This document shows positions 22,759 to 38,038 of a stretch of DNA of 64,000 nt, in pieces (the stretch's first letter is position 1; each line of letters opens with the position of its first letter). The stretch comes from Lingula anatina (Eukaryota; Animalia; Brachiopoda), in NCBI GenBank assembly GCA_051362555.1, contig CM120648.1, positions 8,056,587-8,120,586 of the forward strand, in the 5' to 3' direction. The notes below the pieces were generated by a model, which saw only the letters and a list, made by a program, of their open reading frames with translations, searched no databases and was not told the DNA's origin. The position numbers were made by a program, and so were the translations under genes.

Positions 22759-25004
22759 GTCTTTTACTGCCAAGTCACCACAATGTTTGGTCAGGTCTTC
22801 CCATGTTTGTAGTTATTAGTTACTTTCTGGCAAGAAATTTTTCTGGGAAATTAATTGTTTTTTCCTCAATCTTCAAGTCATTCTGTAAGTTGATTTCTGC
22901 CAGGTGCTTACTGCATGAAATCCTCTGGTAAATTAACTTTTCTCAAAATCCTGGTAAATTAACTTTTCTCACAGTCTTCAAGTAACTCCGTAAGTTAATT
23001 TTTGGCATGTGCTTTGGTAATTGTCTTTTCCTGAAACTTCTGAATGCATAAAATTTGTAGAAATGTCTCCTAAATTAAAGTTTCACTATTTGCTGTAATG
23101 TCCACAATGTTTAATTAAGTTGCCTTCTGACACAGAGTAAGCACAACTTGTCAACAACTGTACTTCACCTAAATCTGCTTAAACTTGGTCCTAAGTCACC
23201 TCTGATAACTGGAAATATCCCAATGCCTTGTTATTTCACAAAACTCGGAGGCAGCCAACGATGCCTTGTTTTTCTTTTCTGTTCCTAAATAACCTGTCCC
23301 CCAAACTTGAGCTGTCACAACTGAAGCATGGGAAAACTCGGAGTGCTCACCAACACTCCTGATGGCAAACCGTTTCTCTCTTAATATCTTTTGACAGTTC
23401 CATCTCCATTAGATTTCCTGCTGATTAACATTTGTAAACAAGGGAAATTATCCAGCAGAGCCCTGAACAATCAAGCCCTATTTTCCCTAATGAAGAAGTG
23501 CCATTTTCTGTCAGGTTTCCTATCAGATCAACCAACATTCAAAAAGGCATGACTCCATTACTGAGACAGAGGAAATTGTCCATTGGTATTCTGAACAATC
23601 AAGACACTGTTGGCCCACGTCCTTCTTGAAGAAGAAACTTGGTTTTCTGTCTGCTTTCACTTAAATCAGTGAAAATTCAAAAAGACACAACTCAAAGTAA
23701 ATGCTGACACTTTGGCTGTTTCCCACATTTCACTAGCAAAACAAGAAAGGACTGGAAAGGCTGCAAGAACAATAAACATTTGGTGAAATCAACTCCATTC
23801 ATCAGGTTTGCTGGTGCTCTATATAACATGTAATACTTGTATGGTGTTTGGTATTAAATTTCAGACATGGATTTACTATCCTAAGCATCAGAGATTACCA
23901 GAAACCAACCACAAGATACCGGAAATGCTGGAAATAGCAAAGGCATCCTGACAGCAGTAATAAGTTTTTAGTGCTACCTGTAAGTAAGAGTCAAAACAAG
24001 TTTTTTTTTCTGATGTTCATCCACAAAATATCTGCTCTATTGCACTCTATATAAAAGTACTGCTCTGCTCATTTTTGTTTTATAGGAAAACACATTCCCC
24101 ATTTTAAAAGATCATCTTTTCTTCAAATCATTTTAGACAAACATCTACCAGCAATGAGATCAAGTTATCACTGATCCTATTTTAAAACCACATTTTTCTT
24201 GCAAAAAAATGCCATTTTTTTCTCTCTACAATTTCTGTCTCTTCCACTTAGGAGCTATTTCAAAGCAAAGTTCAGTAGTCAGGAACAGCTGCTACCTAGC
24301 TATCCTGTTACTTAATATCCACACCACCTAGATATCCAGTTTCTAAATACTTTAGCTATAACATACCCCTAATTAACCTCCAAGGACCAATCTTTTGGAT
24401 AGATTCTACAGTAAGCAGCAGGTAGGTTGTTAACTCATTAACTTTAAAATGTTCTCCTCCCCCTTTCCCTAAAGTTTTTTTAAGCGAAAAAATTTTGTCT
24501 CAAGTCTTTCAGAATAAACATATACTATCTAATATAAAGCCAATTAGTTTTTTTTTCAGAACTTTTACATCATGAGTACAGGGTCCAAATCAATATTTTG
24601 AAGATTAAAAAGATCTATCAATTGCACCCCAAGAGATCCCCTGTGTTCTGCTCAAATATACAGACACTTAATTAATGCTTCATAGGGAGCGTAGCTATAC
24701 TTTCCAAAGGACAGCTAGTCTGAAGGTCCCTATTCAGAGACAATGCTGTTCTGAAGGATCACTTTTCCAAAGGTTTGCAATTCTGAAAGTCCACTATTCC
24801 GAAATATATCTCCAGATTAAATTATCAAGTCAGCTGCATTTTGGTAATGTCTAATAAAGGATATGCCTGCGTAAAGTAAATTGTACTCAGGATGTCTATT
24901 GAATCCAGCATACACATTTTACCATCCACCTCTTTTTGCTATTGTTTTAACATTTTCTGTGTGTTATACACATTCAGTGCCACACATGCACATATGTGTG
25001 CAGC

Positions 25005-25055
<51 letters not shown>

Positions 25056-26490
25056 ATGACAAAGTTCACTAAAAAGCTCTCTTAGTTCTAAAAGATCTAG
25101 ATATACAAAATCAAGAGTCAAATAACATGAGCAGTCATATGTAGTAGGGCAAAAAGAATGAAGAGATAAAAGAAATTGCCAAACTGATTGTGTTAGGTCA
25201 GATACAGATCCTGGTGTTCAAATTGTGCTAGTTGTGACAAATTCACACATCAACTAAGGCATTCTAGAATATGGCACTCAACTTTCAGAGAAAAAGACAT
25301 GCTCTACACAAAAGGATAGTGAAAAATAAACGTTAAATTCAAAAGATTTCCCAAAATTGTACCTTGTATCATCCTTCAAAAACTTTTGGTGGCATTCAAA
25401 ACTCGTCTAACTTTACATCAGAATAAATTCGGATTGGGCTTTAACTTTTTAAGTGTTGCAAAACAAGCACTGGTTGATAATATTGAAAAAATCATTTTAA
25501 AAAAATCATAAATAACAGATTAAAGTTTGACATTACAAATACCCCCATAGGACAAAAGAAAAGGTAAAGATATGGTTACAACAGTGGACCTATTGTAGTG
25601 ATAAATGTATGTATCGGCTTAAAATTCACCCAAACACTCCACCTAAAATCCTGCGTCTACAGATTAAGGAACAGATTATCCCTGTCCCCAAATAAACCAT
25701 TGGCAAGCTCAGAGAGAAAACAATTGGTACAAGAGCATGTGCACGAGAGATAATAACCGTTGACGGATAGATTAAATATTAACTGGTTTTCTTCTAAATA
25801 TAACTCCGTATCAACCGAACAGAAGGTCATGAAATGATAGATTTAGAAGAAACAATGACAGCATTTGATAGGACAAGATTAAGCCATTTGGAATAAGCCT
25901 TTTTAAATCTTATCATTCATAACCAATGATATTCATCTAATTCTAGAACCAGAAACAGAACGGATATCTTCACAATAAGACATCATTTTCAATATCCCAA
26001 GATATATCACCCATGTATCATTTGACTGTGGATAAATTTAATGAAGACTTTTAATCATTCTGCACCTGAATTATACTAATAAACCATGGCAGTTCCAGCA
26101 CTTTATAACTAAAGTCATAGAATCACAAAATGGCATTGAGAAAAATACAGAAAAAAATGGTGAATATATGAAAGTGGAAAGAAGAGAAGGCATGCTAGCC
26201 TGTTAAACTGATTGTATTCAGTGAGAGTTCCTGCAGAGTTGGAACGATCCATGTAGATCAATAGTTTCAATGGGAATGAGCCCTTAGTCACATAAAACAT
26301 TATCACATATTTTAACAGGGGCCCAATCAAACAAATGTGAAACAAATCAATGACCATGTCTCCCTGTATGTGCTGTGCGAGAAGATCTCACTGCAATCAA
26401 GATCCCTTTTAAATATTCATCTTATTTATACACAATATATGTTATGCATGACTTATCTATAGCTGAACTGACTCAAGACTATTTTAGCTT

Positions 26491-26492
<2 letters not shown>

Positions 26493-26574
<82 letters not shown>
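26493..26574. repeat. Compound (TC)n(TG)n microsatellite
   Basis: Direct reading. Confidence 0.95.
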
Positions 26575-26575
<1 letters not shown>

Positions 26576-27010
26576 ACATGAGTGTTATGCACAGGGTGAC
26601 AAACTATATAGATAGTGGCTTGATTACAATACTCACTGCCTACGAAATTCAGACTAATTAGCTTCCTTCTCATTTTTCATCCTAATGTGGACGCAAATTT
26701 CCTTTGCTTAATTAAAATCTCTCGGGTCTTAACACGGAAGGTATTCATCTTGTATAACTCATCAATGATAATGGATTTAAAAAGTCAATAATGACTTCAC
26801 AAAGGCAAAAAAATTCTATCTGCAAAATGCTATGAGTTTGTAATTGACATGTGACTAATGGATTTCATTGGATTTAGATGAACAAATATTCCTGATGACT
26901 TTAATTCATCAACTTCCAATCTTCTTTTTTTTTTCATTTTCGCTGTCTGAATAAGGGAATAGAAGAGATCGAAAAAAAGAACAATTTTCTCTTGTTAAAA
27001 GTGAGTCTAA

Positions 27011-27259
27011 GGTTGTATTCACAATGAAACCATCATAGGTAGTTTGAACTAATTCCATGGGGGACTCTCGCTGAATGCAATCAGATTAACATGTCTTGTT
27101 ACTAATGTACTCATATAATCACCAGCTTTTCTGTATTCTATACAATGCCAGGAGGAGGCATGTTAAGCTGTTAATCTGACTGCATTCAGCAAGAGTCTCC
27201 CCCCCCCCCAATTCTAGATCAGTCTGACTACTATGATAATTTCATTATGAAATACACCC
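27011..27259. mobile_element. MITE family B, complete copy (partial copies near 17750-17848, 26140-26283, 43762-43857, 54934-55344)
   Basis: TAA flanks, imperfect TIRs and an internal inverted GCTGAATGCAATCAGATTAACA block shared among copies. Confidence 0.75.
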
Positions 27260-30200
27260 TAAGATGCAGGAATCTATAAAGACCTTGGAAATTGACTCAG
27301 CCCAAAAATCGAACAAGACAAACAAACAATTCAATAAATAAGTTAGTTATCATATCATCTCCTGACTGGGAATCAAACCTGTCAGGAACCATGGCAGAGA
27401 AGACTTATTGCAATCAGGGAATACTCCGTTAAATTGGATTTTGACTTTATACTTGATCATTTTCCTTTCAGACTAATATCCAAGCCAAATTGTCTGTCTA
27501 TGCAAAACAAAACTGTTACAGCTTCCTTTTGTGTTGCTATTAGGAAGCTATGCAGTCCAATGCTTTCTGCAAGATACATTTTGTCATACATAATGTTTAT
27601 ATAATTATTCCAGAGCTAGTCATAACTATTTCAGAAATAAATAACATATATTCATTCCTTTAACTGCATGAAAAAAATACTGGAGTTCTAACTTTTCTTA
27701 CAGGTTTTCCCCCCTCCTCAGTAACCGAAGTCCACATATAAACAAGTGTGGATACCATAACTTAGTACGGTTCAGTGGATCATTATCACTTCTATTAATC
27801 ACCCCATCATGTAGGACCCCACTTTCATTGCTGTACTTGAAAATGAAAGTTTAATCATTTAAACCATAGACATTTAACCTACTTTAAAATAATAATTATG
27901 AAATTTCTTTGTTTTTAAGGGCTCAGTTTGATTTATCTTCAGGCTCTAAGTGGATTTAATATTTTGGTTTACGCTAACATCCAGTCTGAATCTAGCTTTT
28001 TTGTGAAACCAGCTGGCTTCTAAAAATGCCACAGAAGTACACATTCAAGTATTGCATGCACACCAGCTACATGTAGCTAGACTGTGAACTGCAGGGCAAA
28101 TTCCCAGCGCTCATAAACACAACTCGAGTGCATCCACGTTACTTGATATGATCACGGCTATTTACGAATCACAAATCACATACTAAGCACATTGCCCACT
28201 CACATGATAAAATTTCCTCTCATTTATTATAATTTCCCTGTACTTTACTACTCAGATTTTTCAACATATGAGTGCTTCTCACAAATAAGGCATGCTATGT
28301 ATATAGAATGCTCTTTCGCATCTATAATTTAGTTCAGTTAGCACATCTAGCCCAATTTTTCAAATGACCAGGGCTGTGCTAAAAATGGCTGTAATATATT
28401 TAATTTCTCTACTTATTTCAGAAAGAACTTGCCTGATTGGAATATATAATATCTCATATAATTGTACCCCAAGATGAGCTGAGAAAAACAAAGAATGGGA
28501 TTTGTGTGTGTGTGTGTGTGTGTGTGGGGGGGGGGGGCGGGGGGGGGGGGGGGAGGGGGGTCAAGGGGTGCTGCAATCTGAACAAGCAGTTCATGAGAAC
28601 TAAATTAAAAGCATAATACTCAGAGTGGTGATCGCATTATGTTCACTATATCTAACCATAAGTTATCAGTCAATTCCTCATTCACATTCAAATAAATATC
28701 TTTTTAATGATCAAAAGCTGCACTCTATTGGTGGTTAAGTAATGATACTAGTACATAAAACATACTATGGGACAGTGAAGGGATAACACACACACACACA
28801 CACACACACACGCATGCTGACATTCCCTCTGATTCTTACCCTCCTCCCTCTCTCTCTCTCACTCTTTCTCCCTGTCCTCAAATATTTCTTTTCCGTATAC
28901 AATATCTCCCATGGGAACCAATCTTTTCTTTTTCCCTTGGGTCAGATTTCTCCTTGCATAACCACACATCTCTGGCCCCAAGGGTAAATAGTGTTAATTG
29001 TTTTTCCAATTACAGAACTTGGACTCCCTTGTCCAATGGGCATATTGTACATGTTCTCCAAAGATTCCGACTCTCTTGGGAGAAATTATTGCACTTCAGT
29101 TACATGTGTAGAATTTGTTAAGATGTAAGTTATGCATTGCCCATTTACAGTGTTTGATTTCAGAATGTCCACCAGTTACAAGCTTCCAAGTAATCTGTTG
29201 ACAAGTGCTTAAAATTGGTCATATATTATTTATGGTTCTTTTTAACACATATAAAGCATGGTAAACCCCCCCCCCCCCCCACCAACTGCCACCACTAACC
29301 CTAATTCAATGTTCATATCAGTAATTGAAAAACAGTATAGTATATTAATCTGTTAAAAGCAAAATCAACAGTAATACAAAAAAGTTAATCACACACTCTC
29401 TTGCAGTAATATACCCACCCACGTTCACTTCTAACATTTGAACTGCCGTAATAAAATCCCGACTATCCTCTTAGCTTCCCAACATGATGCCTGCATTTTG
29501 ATAACTGTATGCAGAAACTTTGCTTTTATCACCTCAGTCCAGCACTAAGATAATCTTCTAGTCGTAGCTAGTTTCCAAGTAAACTTACAGCCTATATTGC
29601 CAACGATGGCATTCACCTGCGATAATATTTACACAAAGCGCCTTAGCCTTAGACGTTAATGTTCTTGAAATTTTCTGAGCTTCTCTCATTGGCTAAAAAT
29701 GAGTGAGAAACATACAAGATAATACTTTGCAGCCCTCGGATCTCAAAACAAAGTGAAGGGAAAAGGGCTCAAATCTGGGAGTTTTGACTTAGTTAGACCA
29801 TATAGTCTGAAAGGATAGGACTATGCAAGTAAGTTGGGAAAAACTGGCTAGCATTTTGATTAGTTAAAAGCTATTTGTGTTTGAAAGCTGGATTATGTAA
29901 TTCTTGTATGGATTAGGCAAACACATTTACATAGTGAAGTTTTGTTTTAAGCAATAATTTGTGTCTATAATATGCTAGTCCATGGTTTAGAGAAATGATG
30001 ACTTGCCCCCAACATTATCTTTTTCTCTCCCTCATTCTCCCTCTCTCTCTCTCTCTTTCTCTCTCTTATCTTGTTACTGAAATGTCCCGAAACCTGACTT
30101 TCTATTCTAACTAATCATCATCGTAATTCTTTCAAAATTGAACGCAATACAGCAAGGCTTTAGACATCAAAAGACGACAGGCTTTGCCAATCACAGAAGT

Positions 30201-32205
30201 TGGAGATATGTGATTAATTATTCACCAAAAGCCACATCAAAACATAGGTATCATATGCAGCCTGCATAAGTTAATAATTAACTAAAAAATGTGTACCAAA
30301 CAACCCAAGGTTCATAAATTTAACAGTGGTGACCTAATATGTTTAAAATAATGTTTTTAAAGATCATCTTTCATATATCCAAATATATTAACAGTACTAT
30401 GGTTTTAATCATTATGAACATATCTATTCATTTTTTTCCTTTTCAATTCTACGTCATCACAAAGTGTAGATCAGTGTACACATCTTAAGTGACATTTTCA
30501 CTGAAGATAGGTTGACCCTACTTGGTGCACCCTTCTCGTTTGACCATCAGTTCACACCACAGGCAAGAGATATATTCCTGTGGTTCTCTCAGCAAAGAAC
30601 CAACTGAGAAACATCTTTATTTACCCTTCAATAATTGCTAACCTCGCTCAAGTACCTATCTCAGTATTTTATCAATTTATCATGCCACTCGATCAGGGGG
30701 CCTCCTGCTTTCACCACCAACACCAACCAATTATTGAATGGAGCAAAAAAATTTCTTCTTCTTCTTCCATATAGCAACTTTTAATGATTTTACAGAGAAG
30801 AGCCGAGCTATCTCCAGTGTAAGCGCGACTTCACAGTTCTCGCCCATCGTAATCCGACACCCGAGTCGGGCAAATTATTGATCACATCTAGGACCTTGTA
30901 ATGAGCTCTAACCAAGTGTCAATATGGAGCTTGTTGATCTTCTTCTCTCTGCATCCTGAACACAGACGTTCCCTAGGAATCAACAGTGTTAAAACACACA
31001 CCTTCATTTCCTATTTAATTTGTGACGCCTTCTCAGAGTACCATGTCTGTTAATTAAATTGTAAGGATTGGTGTTATATATATGTACAGGCCCACAGGGA
31101 AAGATGGAGCTGGTTGCGGGGGGGGAGGGAGAATCATTCTTATCACCTAAAAAGCTTCACGCTGACTCAAAATTTGATATATAGCTTTTATTCATTTTTC
31201 AAGTAAGGTGAACTAAAGGAATAAAAAGGTCCACATTTTTCAGAAAAATACTCCCCCCCCCCCTTCCCCACATACCTTTGAAATTGCTGACTATACACAT
31301 TTGCTTCATGTGTAATTTTTACAAGAGACTATAACCAAAACTGTTAAAACTATTTAAAGACCTCTCTCTATAACAAATCTGCTTCAAAATATTCTGTTCA
31401 TGACAAAGGATACGTTGCTTGCATTATATCAATTAAGCCTGCTTAGATCAAGCAAGCGAGCAATCAACTGTCAAGTATATAATATAATTTTTAACTAAAT
31501 ATTTAATGCTAAATTTATAGCAACTTGTCACTCAATACAATCAAAGGAAAAAACATTTCTAAGCACTTTGTTGTCTTAAGATGCAATTTTAACTAAACCA
31601 AGCTAAGGTTTTGTCTGAACAGCTGCATTAATTATTTCAGTGACTTAAGTGCTACCAGTAAATCAACAGAGTTTTGTTACATGTGCTCCTCACAATGAGC
31701 CAGTCTGAATGCAGCTCAAATGGCAACTTTTGTTAATCAATACCAACAACATGTTCTTCAAATTGTTAAATATCCCATAATATCTGAATATAAAATGAGC
31801 AGTTACAAGACTAAGACAGCTATGAATCGAAAATAACTCATCCTTTTGTTATTTTTTCATATATCCTAGTTCTATCATTTTTATATTGTTCGCATATGGA
31901 TAGCAAATGGAAAATAATGGCGATACTCAATGTGTTTTGATTGAAAATGGTGATTTACATAAGGAAATGTCAACTCTAAAAGAGAAATTATTTAGCTGTC
32001 AGACTCGATTATCTATTGCCATCTTCCCCCTAAATGATTTCCCTCTCCCGTCTCACGTTCATCCTCTCCCTTTTTCTCTCTATCTCTTCAAAGCAATGTA
32101 ACATGTGCATGGCTAAGTGTGCCATTACCAACCATTAAAAAAAATCAATGCACACGATTGCAATCAATACCCCCTGTCAACATATTCTTGGCAGGCAAAA
32201 CTCAC

Positions 32206-32294
32206 ATTGGCGCCCAGAAAACTGCTTCCTCAAACGATTCCAACAGGCTAATGGAATATTCACAAATTAACGTTCGCAAAATTTCAGAGCACAT
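32206..32294 (-). CDS. Weaker candidate alternative first exon (MCSEILRTLICEYSISLLESFEEAVFWAP)
   Basis: ATG, 29 codons + 2 nt, consensus GTGAGT donor, phase 2. No recognisable motif. Confidence 0.35.
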
Positions 32295-33827
32295 CTGTCC
32301 TGAGGCTTTATGTAAAAAACAAATTCGAAGGAAAGGATGGTACAGACTAAAAATTTGATTGTTATCCAGTTAATTGCAGGTTATTTTAGAAGTAGATTAA
32401 TTACATTTAGTGGTCCAAATTTGACTGCAATCAGTGAAGAACCTGAGTGCCTTCTCAGACATGACAAGAATCAATAGCACAGTCTTAAACCATAAACCAT
32501 GCTCTAAAGCTCTTGTCATTTTGAAATGTGAAAATGTACAAACCATGTTTTGTTTTTCTCTCCATGATTCAAATCACACGAGTTAACTACATTTACCTAG
32601 AACCCCGAACTCCATCAAAAATTAATGGAATCAACTTTTTTTCTCTTCAAATCAACTGATAAGTTTTACATATAACTATTATATAGCAATTATACATGCA
32701 TCTTCTAAATATGAAACCCAACAAACCATACGTACAGGGAACAGTCAGATTTTACGTAACATCTCTCTCCACAATTGTTATATGCTTCACATACTTCCTA
32801 TGTGAATTCAGGATAACCGCATTCTTCCAAAGTGCACTCCACCAATTCTTATTCTTCTACAGTCAATTCACTGATCAAATAACACTTTTTGACAATAAAA
32901 TGCTTGTTAGCATAAGGTAAAATAAAAACACCAGGTAAGAGCACCAAAACTGCTGATATCTCCCAAAAGCATTCTGAGAGTTCTGCGTGCTCTACATGTG
33001 ATCTCTAAGACTAATAAACAAAAATTACCAATCTTAAGTAGCCTTATTAGTGGTTGACAAGAGCGTCAGAAGTGCATGACAAGAAAGTAATGAAACAGAA
33101 AACGTGACATTAAGAACTAAAAATTGGTCTTGAACCATGTGTCATAATTTGCTTTACATGGAAAATAAGGCTTCTTCCTTTATTCCGTGAATTATCATTC
33201 CTGCTTGATTGTCCCATTACACAGCCATCTACAATCATTTCATTCAAAATTGGAATTGCGATGAAAATAATATCTGAAATTTCCTCTAGTAAGTTTCCTG
33301 CCTTTGAAGTAAGAATGATTCCTCCATCCTTATATTTCATGTAAAAATTGAACAAAGGGAAATAAAGAGAAAGTTTCATTCATAAATTGTATTCACAAAT
33401 GATGAAGTTTATTATTTCTCATTCAAAAGTTTTACTGCAAGATGAACATGGTCTCAGAAACCAAACAGATAAATAAAACAATGGCAGTTTGCCAGGGTGT
33501 TTCGTAACTGTCACAATTATTACGTGTACGTGGACAAAACCCGAGTAACGATAACCTCTTCCTTAACAGTATTTGGGAAACAATTTACACCTACATATAG
33601 TTAGTATAGTACAGTAGAGCGTTCTGTTAATCATTTTAAGTTTTTATCAAAAAGAGAGCTGTAGAGATTTGCTGGTATTAACAGAAGTCCTCAATATTTC
33701 CACACACATCAAAGTTAAACTCAGTGTATTTAGACTGATTATGATGAAAAACCTTTCATTCCACCCTTCCTGCAAATTATTCAAGCATCATTTTGGCCAT
33801 GCATACATCGGTTTTTAAAAAACTCAC

Positions 33828-33910
33828 CTTTTTCTTGGAGTAAGACTAGAATAGACCACTGAAGGCTCAGATTGCCTTCTTTTCCCATCCATACTGTTTG
33901 ACAGTTGCAT
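33828..33910 (-). CDS. RAP1GAP: Candidate alternative first coding exon (MQLSNSMDGKRRQSEPSVVYSSLTPRKR)
   Basis: Upstream in-frame stop, 27 codons + 2 nt, perfect AAG/GTGAGT donor, phase 2. Carries RRQS. Confidence 0.65.
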
Positions 33911-36900
33911 GAAGATCTGGTGCAGCAATTATCTCTCAGATGGAACGATTGCAATAGTGGTACTGAATTAATAATATCATTTGTCGATCCTCCTCAGCCA
34001 CGGATCAACTGTTTCTTCCTGTACTTAATGCTCTCTTCGTTCTAAACAACTGTTGTACCTAAAGCAAACTATTTTGCTATCCGACAGACAGCCGTTTCCA
34101 GAATCTCTGGAGATATGTGCACAGAAGCAAAAAAGAACTATGATGGATATGATATGTTTTCTCTCAATTCTTTCAAGCCAGTTGTTGCACCATGCCTTTT
34201 GGCAGAGTTTCACAAATAACTGCCTGCCTGGACTGAGGAAAATGGCTGGATATTTGATTTTGTCTTATCTACACTGTTTCTCAATATCCGCAGCATTGCA
34301 TATCCCTTTCTCCATTAAACCTGAAGTATACATTTCTGTGCAGTTTTTCTCTAAGATAAGGTACTTGATAAGCAATGGGTGAATGTTTAAGTCAATACAC
34401 AGACAGCTGAAAAAATCATCAATATGCAACCACACAACTGCTGACAAAAAAGTACAACAATCAAATTATGGATCTAAATTGTAAAAAATGTTAAAAATTA
34501 GTGCAGAAGATGAAAATTCTTCATCTGTTTCCAAAATATACCTTCTTCTTCATCCTATCCCTAGAACACTGTAACAAGAACCATCCGCAAACTCTTTAAA
34601 TCTTCTTATCTTTTATCTGTATAAACTCATTATAGTTCCTTAGACGAACATCAATGCCAGCTTTAAAATTCCATTTAAATACTAGTTCTAAAAATATCTC
34701 TCTTCTCTTAACATTTTCTGCTGAAGGCAGAGCTTCTGTCCATGTTTTTGTCTATATCCGTCTTAATGAAGTTCAGGAAGAGAAAATGAAGCTCAATATC
34801 TCTGCTGCTCTGTTACAACCACACCAATGGCCAAATTGCTAACTGATAAAGTCTTAATATGTCTAGAATGGCATACTTTAACTATCTGATTTACAGATTA
34901 GTCAAATCTAATGTCAATCTCCGCTGAGGCTGCTTAGCGTGTGCACATATATCAACACTTTGTATGTCTATTCTTGGTCAAATATGTCCAGTGCAAATGT
35001 TTATGTCACATTTTTTCTCCAGTTATTAATGCTGACAAACAGTTTGTTGACAAATATAGCAGAGATTGTTTCTTATCATTGTCAACCAAGAATAAAACTC
35101 AAACATGAAATATGTGAGCTCAAGGTCTTTGTTCCTTCTATGTATCTGCAAGTTGGACATCCAGTATGTTTGTCAGATCTTTGCTTAGACCCTGTGACCT
35201 TCTTATGTTTGTTTTATCCTCTTCTAAGGTTATTAATCATAAATATCCCAACTATGTCATAGAGCTTATATAACATTGCCCTAAGCAATATCATTAATGC
35301 CTTAATTTATATCTTTCAGTTCTTTTTTCTTTTTCCTTAATCCAAAATCTCCTTTTTTCTCTTCTCTCTGCACAAACTGCTTAACAAACTTTAGTCATGA
35401 AGGTTTTCAGGATCTCCTGTTACCCAGTATACCTGTGGTTTTTCTCACAAAATCCAATTCAACAAAACGCCTTCACTGACATCTCAGTTGCCCCTTGATG
35501 TAACACTTTAAGTCAGTTGTAGGCTTAATGTATTCATATAGGCTTCAATTGTGCTTTTTGTTGACAAAACTGTCACCTGTCAATAACTTTCCGTGCGAAA
35601 TCACCAGAATCTTTGTTTTTCATTGATCAGTCCTCCTGCCATATCTTTTTTAGCAAACTGAAACAAAGCTAAGCTAAAGCAATGTACAATATTCTTCATC
35701 CACCTTGAAAACCTTAATTTTTTCCTATTGTACAGCACATGTGTACTACAAAATAAAATCATTCAGCCTTTAAAGCCCTTTATCGAAGAATTTCTTATTT
35801 TCTAGGCACAATTAGTCCCACCTACTGTGCTTGCTTAAAGAAAGAATCTAGTATAAAAGGCAGTCTTCCAGACATTAAGACACCAAGCTTGACTCTGACT
35901 GATGAGAAAAATTTACAAAACCATCAATGACAAATAGTTAATCAAGGGATACATCATCACTTGTTCACTCAAACATAAATCTTTCGTAATTTTCTCTCGT
36001 TGCTAGGGGTGTTTTTCTGCTTAAATATTTCTTACTTCATCATTGTTTTACAAACAAACTTGTAGAATATATGGTCACTGTTGCTGACCAAGCTCCATGT
36101 CTGCCAGGGTGTAAAAGGTGTAAAAGGTGTAAATCCCAGGTGTAAATTCTGTCCTTCACCCCTTAAAAAAGTTCAAACTTTAACTTAGAGATGCTTAATC
36201 ATCTTTAAACTTGGTCATATCAGAGTGAAACAGTAATCCAGATTTTAAAATAAACCCTCCATTCTATCACAATTTCTCTTGTTTGGCCAGGCCTTGTTGC
36301 TATCACTTATCAAACAGTCAACCACATTTGCCTCAGATCTGACATTTGCTAACTGATTCGATTCTTTCAATTCCTATGAAATACCACTGCCCAATCAATG
36401 GCTACTTAGCTTATCGCTAACACAGAGGTCAGAAAAAAACTCTGCAGTAAGCAAGAACTCCCTAGGATGCTTTCTATTACCATTACTGGAACATCCTACC
36501 ATTTTTATTGGTTTTATCGCAAAGCCACTTTTCGATTTTGCTGGCTGATTAAAGGAAACGGGATGTAGTTTAGCAGAAAAATCAAATTTTTCCTTATTCA
36601 TAATCCACATGTAGGCCCTGTGGGATGGATCCATATGCCAGACTAAAGGAAGTGAAAAAGAATACAAATCCAATCTACTATATAAATATATCAGATCACA
36701 GGGTGGTAGACTGGTCATTTTTCTGATGAAATCAGAGACCAGTAGTACATGGAGTAGTGCAATCTAAAAGATGTTAAAATGGCATGTTTAGACAAGGGCC
36801 ACTGCGGAGCGAATATAGATCTCAAACTCTCTATTCAAATACCAGTAGAGTCATCAAGGTAATGCATATCAAATGTAACTGCACATTTAATGCTCGAATA

Positions 36901-37077
36901 AATTATTATTATTATTATATCCTACTGATTGAGGAAATGGGTAGTGGTCAAAAGCTCTCAGAAAAAAAACTATCACAATTTTAGTTGTGCGAATCAGTTT
37001 TAATATGCTGAATTATTCAACTGGATATTTATGAGGTCCACATATTAATATTTCTGAGGTCAATCATGTCTCTCTGT

Positions 37078-37208
37078 AATCCTGTACATTGTAATAAGAC
37101 CTCCCACTGCACTTCAGACATTGTAATACCAGAGTAGTCAAAATCCTGTACACTGTAATAAGACCTCCCACTGCACTTCAGACATTGTAATACCAGAGTA
37201 GTCAAAAT
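37078..37208. repeat. 64-bp tandem duplication
   Basis: aatcctgtaca...agagtagtca occurs twice. Confidence 0.9.
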
Positions 37209-37649
37209 GGCTCTCTGTTGAGGCAAGTTGGGCCCATTTCCGGTCCAAGGTAATCCTTGTCTCAACATATAGACTAAGTCTAAAGCATTAAGGAAATGAG
37301 TGCACTTTGCAATATTTTTATCATCTTGAGTGATCATATCAATTAAAATGACTATTCTGGTTTTTTTTTTATTCTCTTGGGCTCTGGTAAAGGATATCGA
37401 ATTTCAGGATATTATACATTATCTTAACCATCAAGGAATCAATCTCGCTCTTGTCTAGGTAAAGCTTATGAAGCCATGTTTATGGGCCTTGTAATGAATA
37501 ACTGATAACACCTCTCACCAATGACATTATGAATGGAGGATACTGGTTGCATTTTTCGTATACATAACCTTCACTGAGCTGTGAAATGTACAATGCTTAA
37601 TGCAATTTAAAAAGGGACTTTTATTACTTTCAGTACACTCGGTACCCTT

Positions 37650-37699
<50 letters not shown>

Positions 37700-38038
37700 T
37701 TATTTACTTATTTTATTATTTATTTTTTATACAATTTCTTTCCTGCAAAAAAAGCAATGATTATAATTGCTAAAGATTCTAACATTCATTAACTTATTTT
37801 AGCTATATGCTGGTGATTAGGTTCTGTAATTTTATTATCAATCTCACAATCAGCTTTCTACTCTTCCTCCCAATTTTCTTATAAAGAAGACAGGATATGA
37901 TTAATGCTCTGCAAAAAGCAGCCTAAAAGCAAAATGCCAAGAGAGAGATAAAACGCTGTGATAAATTTCATTTTCCACATTTAGAATATCTCCTAGACTG
38001 CAAACAGGGAAATTCTAGTACTTGATCAAGGAAAGTTG

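Noticed and set aside
27358-27400. B-box-like GGTTTGATTCCC on the minus strand (also a tRNA-like stretch at 52150-52222)
   Set aside because: No cloverleaf or complete A/B box pair. At most a decayed SINE head.
36395-36718. 107-aa minus-strand ORF with an internal acceptor-like site
   Set aside because: No recognisable domain and no convincing phase-compatible donor.
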